Of a stretch of 64,000 nt of DNA, positions 38,113 to 46,683 are shown piece by piece (position 1 is the stretch's first letter; each line of letters begins with the position of its first letter). A program made the translations under genes and the position numbers. The stretch is from positions 34,633-98,632 of the IMG/VR virus record IMGVR_UViG_3300021387_001106. One strand, given 5' to 3'. The stretch is from a virus. Lineage: Duplodnaviria; Caudoviricetes. Below the pieces are notes generated by a model. The model ran no database searches. It was given only the letters and a program-made list of their open reading frames with translations, and had not been told where the DNA came from.

Positions 38113-38370
38113 ATGTCTGACAAGAAGAACATGGGCAGCAACCCAAGGCTCGCACCGGACGCCGTAGAACCTCTCAGGTTTCCAGAGCTTGACAAGGTTG
38201 TCTGTAAGGACTGTATGTACAGGGCAAAAGACATCGGGAAAGGCAAGGATGCAGTAAAAGGAGCAGTCCTTGGAACCTGCGACGCCTATGCCATCAAACC
38301 ACCATCCATCCTGCTCGATGGAGCGGAGTGCATGTATTACCTCAGCGAGGAAGACGAAGAGGAAGAATAA
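38113..38370 (+). CDS. small Cys-rich protein
   Basis: CKDC...CDAY..KP...C.YY; own promoter and terminator (38378-38407). Confidence 0.65.
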   Translation: MSDKKNMGSNPRLAPDAVEPLRFPELDKVVCKDCMYRAKDIGKGKDAVKGAVLGTCDAYAIKPPSILLDGAECMYYLSEEDEEEE

Positions 38371-38435
38371 CCGACTGAAAAGGACTGGCATTACGCTGGT
38401 CCTTTTTGTGTGGAACATTTTCAAAGGTGACCGTT

Positions 38436-40022
38436 ATGGACAGACTTCAGATGAATATGCTTGCCGAGATAGTAAGGATACGGCATCAGCTCCGCAGAAG
38501 ACGTATGCAAAACTCCGAAATGGACCGTGTAGGGCTTTCTGGTACAATAAAAGTATCCGGGGAACCAAACCGGGAAGACGATGAAGGAACCTGGGTCACC
38601 ATTAACGGAACGCATGTTGAGATTGACAAGGAGACTGGGGGTATCACGAAGGGCCCAAAAAACCTGAAGGACTACTCCGAAAAAAAGAAGGGAATAAAAG
38701 CAGCGGGACGGAAGGCAATCGATACAGCAAAGAGCAAGTGCGATGACCTGAAGAAAAAAATGGACAAGGCGGAGGCGGCGGAAAAGGAATGGGAGGATAA
38801 GGAGTATTTAGCACGCCTTGATGTGGCTTTTGCTAAAGGACACATCAACATCGTGGAGGATAATCTCAAAAAAGCAAAGGCTGAGCTCAAGAAGTACGAT
38901 TCTGGTCGCTCAGACGAAGAACTGGACAAGGCAATCAAAGACACTCAGAAAGAGATGGATGAGCTGCTGGAATGGATCGACGCACATCCACGTGAGCATG
39001 GGGAACCGCATGAACAGTATTTGGAGCGTCGCCACAAGAGAGAACTTTACTCGGATGCAATGAACAGGTATCTGAACGCTTCCTCTGAAAAACATGCAAG
39101 GGAAGACCTGAAAAAAGCAGAAGCGGATTATCATGAGACTGTTGCAAAACTTGAGGCGGCTGAAAAGGAACATGAGAGGATAAAAGCGGAGGAGCCAAAA
39201 GCATATCAGAAAGCCCGAGAGGAATATAACAAAGCCGCCAAAGAAAGAAATGAGGCTGTATTAAAGACGTTCAAAACTGCTGATGACTGCGAGACATCAC
39301 AGGATGCCACGGACTATATCCGTGCGAGGGAGTATTTTGACCAGAGTGAAGGCTACCATAAATCTGACAAGAATACCGACCTGACAAAAATGTCTCCAGA
39401 GATGGCCATTGCCCATGCGAGGACGCTTGACCGTTTCTTTGGTGATTATCCCGGCCTGAAGGGGAGATTTGAAGGAATTGACTGCCGTGATATGAGTAAA
39501 GAGCCCGGATACGAGTCAACCTATGGATATGCAAGCGGAACGATGGTATCCTTAAATACGAAGTATTTTGGACCGGGCGGCAAGGGAAAAGAATCGTACG
39601 AGAAAGACTGCCATGACTTCAAGCTCTCGCATAACGGCTTCCATCCAAAGGGGACATCTGTCGAGGCGGTCCTTGACCACGAGTTTACACACGCAATCGA
39701 GGCACTGCTGAACAAATGGCTCGGGAATGGGCAGAAGGCTTCAGACATCATCATGCAACGGGCTCAGGAAAAGATGACAGGATATTACGCCAGAAGCAAC
39801 GAGGACTATGTAAGGGCACAGGTCAGCGGATATGCAAGAGAGAACAGGGGCGTAAAACCCGATGGAAAAGGCGGGGCAACTGTTGATAAAGCCTATGGCG
39901 CCAACACTGAGTTCATAGCTGAGGCGATGGCAGACGCACGGAACAACAAGGCACCGGCCCTGTATTCTTATGCGGTAAGGGAAGTAATGGAAGAAATGAT
40001 GAAGGAGGCTGGACTTATATGA
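38436..40022 (+). CDS. putative head cargo: W motif, coiled coil, HExxH metallopeptidase-like domain
   Basis: NREDDEGTWVTINGTHV; DHEFTHAIE...EFIAEA. Confidence 0.75.
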   Translation: MDRLQMNMLAEIVRIRHQLRRRRMQNSEMDRVGLSGTIKVSGEPNREDDEGTWVTINGTHVEIDKETGGITKGPKNLKDYSEKKKGIKAAGRKAIDTAKSKCDDLKKKMDKAEAAEKEWEDKEYLARLDVAFAKGHINIVEDNLKKAKAELKKYDSGRSDEELDKAIKDTQKEMDELLEWIDAHPREHGEPHEQYLERRHKRELYSDAMNRYLNASSEKHAREDLKKAEADYHETVAKLEAAEKEHERIKAEEPKAYQKAREEYNKAAKERNEAVLKTFKTADDCETSQDATDYIRAREYFDQSEGYHKSDKNTDLTKMSPEMAIAHARTLDRFFGDYPGLKGRFEGIDCRDMSKEPGYESTYGYASGTMVSLNTKYFGPGGKGKESYEKDCHDFKLSHNGFHPKGTSVEAVLDHEFTHAIEALLNKWLGNGQKASDIIMQRAQEKMTGYYARSNEDYVRAQVSGYARENRGVKPDGKGGATVDKAYGANTEFIAEAMADARNNKAPALYSYAVREVMEEMMKEAGLI

Positions 40023-40282
40023 CCGGACCGTCACCCTACAGCATGTGGCCTGACCTGCTTGAGGTCAAAGACCCGGAGATGATTGCCATATCTACAAACC
40101 TGAAAATGAAGAAATCTGCGTCTGATAAGGACAAGATGGATTTCGAACGGTATGAAAATGAGGAAAACCGGTTCTTTATCAGGGACGCTCACCCGGATAT
40201 GAAAGACCCGTATTACACATGGGAAGGGGATGTGGTCGAAAAAGCATCTCTCAAAGGCAGAAAACTCCCGGCTGCCTACTGA
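40019..40282 (+). CDS. small protein, candidate partner
   Basis: AAGGAGG RBS; ATGA overlap. Confidence 0.6.
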   Translation: MTGPSPYSMWPDLLEVKDPEMIAISTNLKMKKSASDKDKMDFERYENEENRFFIRDAHPDMKDPYYTWEGDVVEKASLKGRKLPAAY

Positions 40283-40308
40283 TGGCAGATAACTGAATAT
40301 GGTTTAAC

Positions 40309-40334
40309 AAGCAGGGATAACACCCTGCTTTTTT
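40309..40334 (+). terminator. intrinsic terminator
   Basis: aagcaggg-ataaca-ccctgctt plus T run. Confidence 0.7.
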
Positions 40335-40369
40335 GTTGCACAGATATTATCACTCAGGGAAGGAGGAAC

Positions 40370-40639
40370 ATGGAGGAACGCGGCGTAGATGCAATGCTGT
40401 ACAAGGCGAAAAAGATTGTAGTGGATTACTTCAATTCCAACGCCGATGTTACGGACGGATGCGAAATCACGATGGATGATGTTTTCATCGTCTGGTTCAG
40501 CAAGACGTTGCAGAACTGGAAAGCACTTGTCAGCACTGTCATCAGCGATGGTATGTATTATGAAATCACGTATGATGGTGACAAGAAATGTGCGTATGTA
40601 GACGCCTATAAGAAGTGGAAAAACTTCGTTGTTGAGTAG
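40370..40639 (+). CDS. DUF6275-like protein
   Basis: VFIVWFSKTLQNWKALVST..DGMYYEITY motif. Confidence 0.75.
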   Translation: MEERGVDAMLYKAKKIVVDYFNSNADVTDGCEITMDDVFIVWFSKTLQNWKALVSTVISDGMYYEITYDGDKKCAYVDAYKKWKNFVVE

Positions 40640-40827
40640 GAACAGGGTGTTTTTACACGCCTCAAATAACTCAAAAAGTAGCAGCTATTACAATATATTG
40701 TCACACAACTATACTGTGGGTCAAATATATACAGTAAAATGGACAGGGTACCACCCTGTTTTTTTGTTGGCAAAAAAGAGGGAGGGCAAAGCTATGAAAG
40801 CACGCATCAGGGGGAGGGATTCTCCTA

Positions 40828-41178
40828 ATGTCACAGCAACCGGAACTCATGGCGAAAGGAGCAAATGGAATGACGAATGAGGACGTTATTATCGACCTGA
40901 GCAGGCAGCTTGAAGCTGTAGCGGAACGGATAAAGGAGATTACCGAGGGCATTTCCGCAATGCGCGAGGGAAATCCGTCTATCTGCGAAAACTACGAGAA
41001 CTTCCTGCTTGATGAGGTGGCGCACGTACAGATACTTGCGCTTGACCTGACACAGGCCGTAACGGAAGGGGAGGACGGCAACCTCGACGAAGCCTTCGGG
41101 CCGGGTGAACTTACGGATGTGCCTGAGAATGAAGACGAGGACGAGGAACCGGACGAACCAACGGAGGAAGATGCTTAA
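40828..41178 (+). CDS. acidic helical protein
   Basis: GGGAGG RBS; abuts the protease gene. Confidence 0.65.
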   Translation: MSQQPELMAKGANGMTNEDVIIDLSRQLEAVAERIKEITEGISAMREGNPSICENYENFLLDEVAHVQILALDLTQAVTEGEDGNLDEAFGPGELTDVPENEDEDEEPDEPTEEDA

Positions 41179-42771
41179 ATGAAACTGAAAAGGGTGATAC
41201 GCCTTGACAGTATGCCACTAAACCGGGCGTCATTTACACCGGAAGGATTCCTGATGGATACGCCTATACTGACGTGTACGGGTATCTTTGAATACACAAA
41301 TCCTGACGGCTCTGTGAGAAAAGAACTTCGTTTGCCAGAGGAGGTCTTTTCGAAAGAAAGCCTTGCGTCCTATGAGGGTTCGCCAATCATCATAAGCCAT
41401 GACGCAGGGTTGATCACAAAGGACAATGTCGCTGAGAATGAGATAGGAACCATTCTGACGAAAGGCTTCCGTGACGGAGACAATGTCAGGGCAAAAATCG
41501 TAATCCATGACACGGACGAGATGAAGGAAAGTGGACTGAAGGAACTTTCCCTTGGCTACAACCTTGACCTCGATGAAACTCCCGGGGAATGGAACGGAGA
41601 ACCGTATGATGCGGTTCAGCGGAATATCCGCATAAACCATCTGGCACTTGTCAGAGAGGCAAGGGCCGGGGAACAGGCACGTTTGAACATCGATGGCAAA
41701 GGTGCTGAAAAGAAAGGAGAAGACATAATGGGTTACAGAAAACTGACCAAGACCAGAACAAGGGCAAAGACAAGAAGAGTGAGACGCTCTGATGGCATTC
41801 TCTCTCCTGATGAGCTGAAAGAGGCGATCAAGGAGTACAGGAAACGTCATCCCGAAGCCGGTCAGGGCGGCAACAAGGATGAGGATGACGAAGAGAAGAA
41901 ATATGCGATCCCCGCTGTTGAGCAGGACGACGACGATGTCTCCCCTGAGGAAGCAGCAGCCGAGAAGATCAGGCAGGAAATGCAGGCGAAGCTCGATGCC
42001 GAGGAGGATGACCTCGCTCAGGCAAACGAGACCATTCAGCATCAGGACGAGGACATCCAGACCCTTCTGGACATCATCGACACCCTGCTTGCGGAGCGCG
42101 ATTTCAACGGCTCCAAGACTGATTCCGACGATGAGACTCTCCCCACTGAGGAAGAGAACACCGATGAAGATGAGGAGGTGATCCCAGAGGACGAAAACAC
42201 CGACGAGGACGAGGAGTTCGCTGACGAGGAGAACACCGACGAGGATGAGGAGTTCACCGACGAGGAGAACACCGACGAGGACGAAGAGTTCCTTGACGAG
42301 GAGAACTCCGACTGCGACGACGAGGAGCTGAAGGAAGACGACGATGAGGAAGAGGAGCTCATCGAGGACGATGCAGACGAGGACATCCCGGATGCAACCA
42401 AGGCCGAGGCTGCCGTGATGAACGCTGACAGCATCGACAGGATCGTCCGTGACCGCGTCAAGCTGGGCATCGTTGCCGACAAGCTGCATCTCCGTGGACT
42501 GGAGAACATGTCCATGAGAGCCGCCAAGAAGGCAGTCATCCGCGTGGTCCGTCCTTCCATCAATCTTGACGGCAAGGGCAACACCTACATCAATGCCATG
42601 TTCGATCTGGCCTGCGATGATGTGAAGGTCCGTTCCCGCAAGACCACCCGGTACCAGAGGAAGCAGATGTTCAACAAGGATTCCCGCAGAGCGGTATCCA
42701 GAAGGGGCAACTCTGCTGAGGATGCACGCAAGAAGATGATCGCGCGTCTTCAGAAGAAGAGAAACAAATAA
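41179..42771 (+). CDS. DUF2213 prohead protease fused to an acidic scaffold
   Basis: [37 protein letters not shown]. Confidence 0.85.
   Translation: MKLKRVIRLDSMPLNRASFTPEGFLMDTPILTCTGIFEYTNPDGSVRKELRLPEEVFSKESLASYEGSPIIISHDAGLITKDNVAENEIGTILTKGFRDGDNVRAKIVIHDTDEMKESGLKELSLGYNLDLDETPGEWNGEPYDAVQRNIRINHLALVREARAGEQARLNIDGKGAEKKGEDIMGYRKLTKTRTRAKTRRVRRSDGILSPDELKEAIKEYRKRHPEAGQGGNKDEDDEEKKYAIPAVEQDDDDVSPEEAAAEKIRQEMQAKLDAEEDDLAQANETIQHQDEDIQTLLDIIDTLLAERDFNGSKTDSDDETLPTEEENTDEDEEVIPEDENTDEDEEFADEENTDEDEEFTDEENTDEDEEFLDEENSDCDDEELKEDDDEEEELIEDDADEDIPDATKAEAAVMNADSIDRIVRDRVKLGIVADKLHLRGLENMSMRAAKKAVIRVVRPSINLDGKGNTYINAMFDLACDDVKVRSRKTTRYQRKQMFNKDSRRAVSRRGNSAEDARKKMIARLQKKRNK
42148..42330 (+). 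repeat. tandem ~33-36 bp repeats encoding E(E/D)ENTDEDEE in the scaffold
   Basis: About five units visible in both DNA and protein. Confidence 0.85.
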
Positions 42772-42791
42772 TATAAGAGGAGGCAAGAAAT

Positions 42792-43286
42792 ATGAGCGCA
42801 CAGCTGAATTACAGATATTCCACACCCCTTGGCGTGGCCGGCGGTATCGTCGATCTTGCGCCTTATGCGATCGATACCCTCAAGAATGAGGAAGAGAACG
42901 GCGTCATGACTTTCGGCATCGCTGTCGTTTCCGGTACGAACGTCGGCGTCCAGATCAAGAAGCCCGTTGCAGCTTCCACCGCTGCGAATTTCGAGGGCAT
43001 CGCGACCAACAATCTGACCACAGAGTACGACCTTGACGGAAAGATCCGTATCCTGAAGGGTTCCCCGGTCGGCGTCATGCGCTATGGCCGCGTGTACTGC
43101 CGTGTGGCAGACAACGTGACCCCGGCTTATGGCGATGCGGTCTACTTTATCAAATCCGGTGAACAGGCTGGATACGTCACCAACAGTTCTACAGGCACCG
43201 TTGCCATCAAGGGACGCTTCCTTGGAACCGTTGACGCAACCAACCGTGTCGCTGAGGTTGAACTGTTCAACCAGGCTCAGGTATAA
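42792..43286 (+). CDS. capsid decoration/cement protein
   Basis: Between protease and MCP; beta-rich, 164 aa. Confidence 0.7.
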   Translation: MSAQLNYRYSTPLGVAGGIVDLAPYAIDTLKNEEENGVMTFGIAVVSGTNVGVQIKKPVAASTAANFEGIATNNLTTEYDLDGKIRILKGSPVGVMRYGRVYCRVADNVTPAYGDAVYFIKSGEQAGYVTNSSTGTVAIKGRFLGTVDATNRVAEVELFNQAQV

Positions 43287-43312
43287 CGGCTTAATCAAAG
43301 GAGGCGAAAACT

Positions 43313-44392
43313 ATGGCTAAGAAAAGACACACATCCTATGACAGGGCTGACCTGAAAGCCCTTCGTAATTCTGGTATCCCTGCGACCATCATGGCCTCTG
43401 CCGGTACCAGATTTGACAGCGTGGACGACGCGTCTGTCTTCTTCGCTCGTGAACTCGACCACGTCAAGGCACAGTCCTATGACGTTGAGTATCCTGAGCT
43501 GACTGCTCTGTCCCTGTTCCCCCAGACCTCTGAGGCGGATGAAGGCGCAGAGACCATTACCTACTACACCTACGATAACGTCGGTCTCGCGAAGGTTCTG
43601 GACAACTACTCCACCGACCTTCCCAGAGCAGACGTGATCGGTAAGCCCAGCTTTGCAAGCATCAAATCCATCGGTGACAGCTACGGCTACTCCGCACAGG
43701 AGATGCGTGCATCCCGGCTGGCCGGCAAGTCCCTTGACGCAAGAAAAGGTGAATCCGCTCGTTATCAGGTCGACAACCTGATCAACCGTATCGCATGGGC
43801 CGGTGACAAGGGCTCCGGTCTGATGGGCGTCCTGTCTGAGGGCCAGAACATCCCTCTCTATCTTGTCGCAGCCGGCGGCACCACTGGCAAGACCAAGTGG
43901 ACCGAGAAGAGCGCAGACGAGATTCTGGACGATGTCAACGGCATGGCGAAGCAGGTCGCAAAGGTGACCAAGAACGTCGAGCGCCCCGACACCCTGTGTG
44001 TCCCTGCTGACGTTTACATGGACATCTCCACCAGACGTATCCCGGATACAAGCACCACCGTCCTGAAGTTCGTTCTGGATCACGCTCCCTACATCAAGGA
44101 AGTCATCTCCACCGCCGAGCTGGATGCTGATTCCCCTGAGACCAACCCTTATGCAGTGACCGGCGTCACCTATGAGGTTGACGGCCAGAACTTCACTACC
44201 ACTGAGGGCGTGGGCGTTGCGTTCCTGTTCAAGAACGACGTTCGGAAGCTGGCACTGGAGAACCCTATGCCCTTCCGCCAGTATCCGATCCAGGTCCGCA
44301 ACCTTGACACCGTTGTCCCCTGCGAGGCAAGGACTGCCGGTGTTATCGTTTACTACCCTCTGTCCTGCCTGATCGCGGTCGGCGTCTGCTGA
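43313..44392 (+). CDS. major capsid protein (DUF2184-like)
   Basis: FFARELDHV, DLPRAD, YGYSAQE, ends VYYP; strong codon bias; followed by a terminator. Confidence 0.9.
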   Translation: MAKKRHTSYDRADLKALRNSGIPATIMASAGTRFDSVDDASVFFARELDHVKAQSYDVEYPELTALSLFPQTSEADEGAETITYYTYDNVGLAKVLDNYSTDLPRADVIGKPSFASIKSIGDSYGYSAQEMRASRLAGKSLDARKGESARYQVDNLINRIAWAGDKGSGLMGVLSEGQNIPLYLVAAGGTTGKTKWTEKSADEILDDVNGMAKQVAKVTKNVERPDTLCVPADVYMDISTRRIPDTSTTVLKFVLDHAPYIKEVISTAELDADSPETNPYAVTGVTYEVDGQNFTTTEGVGVAFLFKNDVRKLALENPMPFRQYPIQVRNLDTVVPCEARTAGVIVYYPLSCLIAVGVC

Positions 44393-44432
44393 CAAGAGAC
44401 CCCGGGATGGGGAACGGCGTAAGCATAATCAA

Positions 44433-44463
44433 AGAGGCTGCCCTGACGGGGTAGCCTCTTTTT
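44433..44463 (+). terminator. intrinsic terminator after MCP
   Basis: agaggctgccc-tgac-ggggtagcctct plus T run. Confidence 0.75.
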
Positions 44464-44480
44464 GAAGAAAGGAGCAATAC

Positions 44481-44786
44481 ATGGCTGAGTTTAAAGATGC
44501 CAATACCCGTGACAGCATCAGTGACCTTGTGGAGAGGATCGCAAATGCAGTCTGCGGCGCCGAACAGACAGCCTATACGGGGCCGAGTGACCGCTACAGG
44601 CACGCACTTGACAGGATCGCCAGCCACCTTGAAGGAAGCGGCAGCACTGCCGGTGCATCGCAGGTCGCGAACCAGGCGGCGAGCACGGCGACCGATGCGG
44701 AAGGGCTTGTAACGGATTTCAATGCACTGCTCACCAAGCTGAAAGCCGCAGGTCTTATGGAACCAGATGCAGACGACAATGGCTGA
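44481..44786 (+). CDS. head fiber protein-like
   Basis: C-terminal DFNALLTKLKAAGLM motif. Confidence 0.7.
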   Translation: MAEFKDANTRDSISDLVERIANAVCGAEQTAYTGPSDRYRHALDRIASHLEGSGSTAGASQVANQAASTATDAEGLVTDFNALLTKLKAAGLMEPDADDNG

Positions 44787-44848
44787 CGTCTGAAAGCAGC
44801 TTGAAAAAAAGAAATATGAAGAACTAAAAAAATGCAATAAGGAGGATA

Positions 44849-45181
44849 TTGATGCTGCTTAAAAATACAGGAGACAAGATTTTGAACGTAGGGCGTGACA
44901 TCCTGATGCCCGGCGAGGAGAAGAACTTCCCGAACGGGATGATCGGGTCGAGTACCCTTGCGACGCTTGTTGGCATGGGTTTCCTCAAGGTATCCATGGA
45001 TAAGAAGGCTGAACCTGTAAAGGCTGCACCGGCACCGGCACATGCCGCCACACCTTTTGATGCTGCCACTCAGGCACCAGCGGAGGCACCTGCGGCAGAG
45101 ACCCCGGCACCTGTTGTCGAAAAGGAGACCGCCACTACGGAGAAGAAGTACACAAGGAAGTCTGTCAAGAAGGCAGAGTGA
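44849..45181 (+). CDS. small head-associated protein, Ala/Pro-rich
   Basis: AAGGAGG RBS; position after MCP. Confidence 0.65.
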   Translation: MMLLKNTGDKILNVGRDILMPGEEKNFPNGMIGSSTLATLVGMGFLKVSMDKKAEPVKAAPAPAHAATPFDAATQAPAEAPAAETPAPVVEKETATTEKKYTRKSVKKAE

Positions 45182-45191
45182 GGAGAAGGCC

Positions 45192-45590
45192 ATGACAGCC
45201 ATTGAAATCATCAGGCTTATAGGGTCGGAGTTTGACAGCATGGATGATGAGACCCTTGGCAAGTGGATAGAAATAACGAAGCCGCTTGTCAGCAAGAAGC
45301 AGTTCGGAAAACTGTACGAACAGGCACTCGCCTATCTCGTATGCCACAAGATGAAGATGGCTGGAAATGGTGAGAACCCATTCGGAGACCAACTGGGCAA
45401 CATCAATTCTTTCGGTTTTGCGTTCAGCAGTGTTTCGGAAGGGGGAAGTAGTATCAGTTTTGGATCATCGCAAAGTTCGAACATTAACAAGGACGCCGAG
45501 TACGGGCTGACGTCCTACGGTATGCAGTATCTCAACCTGAGGAAACTTGTGGTTGTCCCCATCCACATAAGTGGTGAGGATACGATGTAG
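45192..45590 (+). CDS. head-tail adaptor (DUF4054-like)
   Basis: AYLVCH...[11 protein letters not shown]...TSYGMQY. Confidence 0.75.
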   Translation: MTAIEIIRLIGSEFDSMDDETLGKWIEITKPLVSKKQFGKLYEQALAYLVCHKMKMAGNGENPFGDQLGNINSFGFAFSSVSEGGSSISFGSSQSSNINKDAEYGLTSYGMQYLNLRKLVVVPIHISGEDTM

Positions 45591-45601
45591 GCGGGATTAG
45601 C

Positions 45602-46312
45602 ATGAACATTACGATCTTTAATAGAGAATACGTGATGAGGAGATTTGCACCTGATGGCAGTTATGAAGACTCGACCATCAGCGTGCATCTCCACGCCTCT
45701 GAGAACGGCGGCGGAAGCCCATGGGCGGAATCACAGGGCATCGTCAGGCAGGTACAGGGGCACGGTATGGTACCGCTCAGGGAAGCAGACCTTGAGGCGG
45801 GTACAAAGGCCGACAGGGTCTTCTATCGCGGAAGGTGGTACGAGTGTACGTCTTCCACGCTGTACGACCATACGTCGCTTGCCCACTACAACTACTCGTT
45901 CATCGTTGTTCCAGAGGACGCCATAGAGACCATCACGATATTCAACCTCGTGTTTGACCCGGAAAACGGGCTCGACATTTATGTGCCGACTGTTATCAGG
46001 GGCGTTTCATGGCTCGGACCGGAACTGACGACACAGGAGAACCTCGGCGTCAAGAGCGCCACAAGGTTCACGATAAGGATACCCGAGGAAGCAGATTTCT
46101 CGGGGAAGGAATATGTCGCGCCGGTTGACTTTACCGGGGAAGACGGGACATTCACCTTCATGCCGGGGGACATCATCGTACATGCACAGGAAGAAACGGT
46201 CACTAAACCGGCAGAACTCCAGAAGAAGTACCGTACCATCGTGAAGGTCATGAATGTTTACGACTTCAGGACAGCCCCGAACCACCGGCACTGGAAACTG
46301 GAAGGAGAGTAA
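45602..46312 (+). CDS. head-closure protein, apparently two fused closure domains
   Basis: ADRVFYRGRWYEC followed by TITIFN...IRGVSW...GDIIV...HWKLEG. Confidence 0.6.
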   Translation: MNITIFNREYVMRRFAPDGSYEDSTISVHLHASENGGGSPWAESQGIVRQVQGHGMVPLREADLEAGTKADRVFYRGRWYECTSSTLYDHTSLAHYNYSFIVVPEDAIETITIFNLVFDPENGLDIYVPTVIRGVSWLGPELTTQENLGVKSATRFTIRIPEEADFSGKEYVAPVDFTGEDGTFTFMPGDIIVHAQEETVTKPAELQKKYRTIVKVMNVYDFRTAPNHRHWKLEGE

Positions 46313-46315
46313 ACC

Positions 46316-46681
46316 ATGGGATTTTCAATGGAAGCAGACTTTGGAGATTTCTCCACAAAAGACCTTCTTGCGAAGTTTGAACTTCTTCCGGGGCAGAAGG
46401 TGCAGAAGGTGATAGACAGGGCGGTCATAGACTGGTGCGTCCCGTACTGCCCATGGCGGACGGGCAAGCTCGCAATGAGCCCATACACGGACACTGACAT
46501 CGGAAGCGGTGTCATCGAGTACGGGGTGGACTACGCGGAAGAAGTCTACTACGGGGAGGACATCATCAGCTTCAACACGGAGATCAATCCGCTTGCCGGG
46601 TCATTCTGGTTTGAGCGTGCGATGGCCGACCACATGCAGGACGTGTATGATGCGGCACTCAAAGCAGCGAAGGAGGTCTGA
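46316..46681 (+). CDS. neck/minor capsid protein (HK97 gp10-like)
   Basis: PYCPWRTGKL...YAEEVYYG...AGSFWFER. Confidence 0.7.
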   Translation: MGFSMEADFGDFSTKDLLAKFELLPGQKVQKVIDRAVIDWCVPYCPWRTGKLAMSPYTDTDIGSGVIEYGVDYAEEVYYGEDIISFNTEINPLAGSFWFERAMADHMQDVYDAALKAAKEV

Positions 46682-46683
46682 CC

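Noticed and set aside
42148-42330. CRISPR-like array
   Set aside because: In-frame tandem coding repeats with no unique spacers and no cas genes
41230-44395. Long minus-strand ORFs (41230-42825, 43295-44395; also 6199-7482, 18679-19962, 61851-63212)
   Set aside because: Antisense shadows of strongly codon-biased + strand genes; no RBS or recognisable motifs
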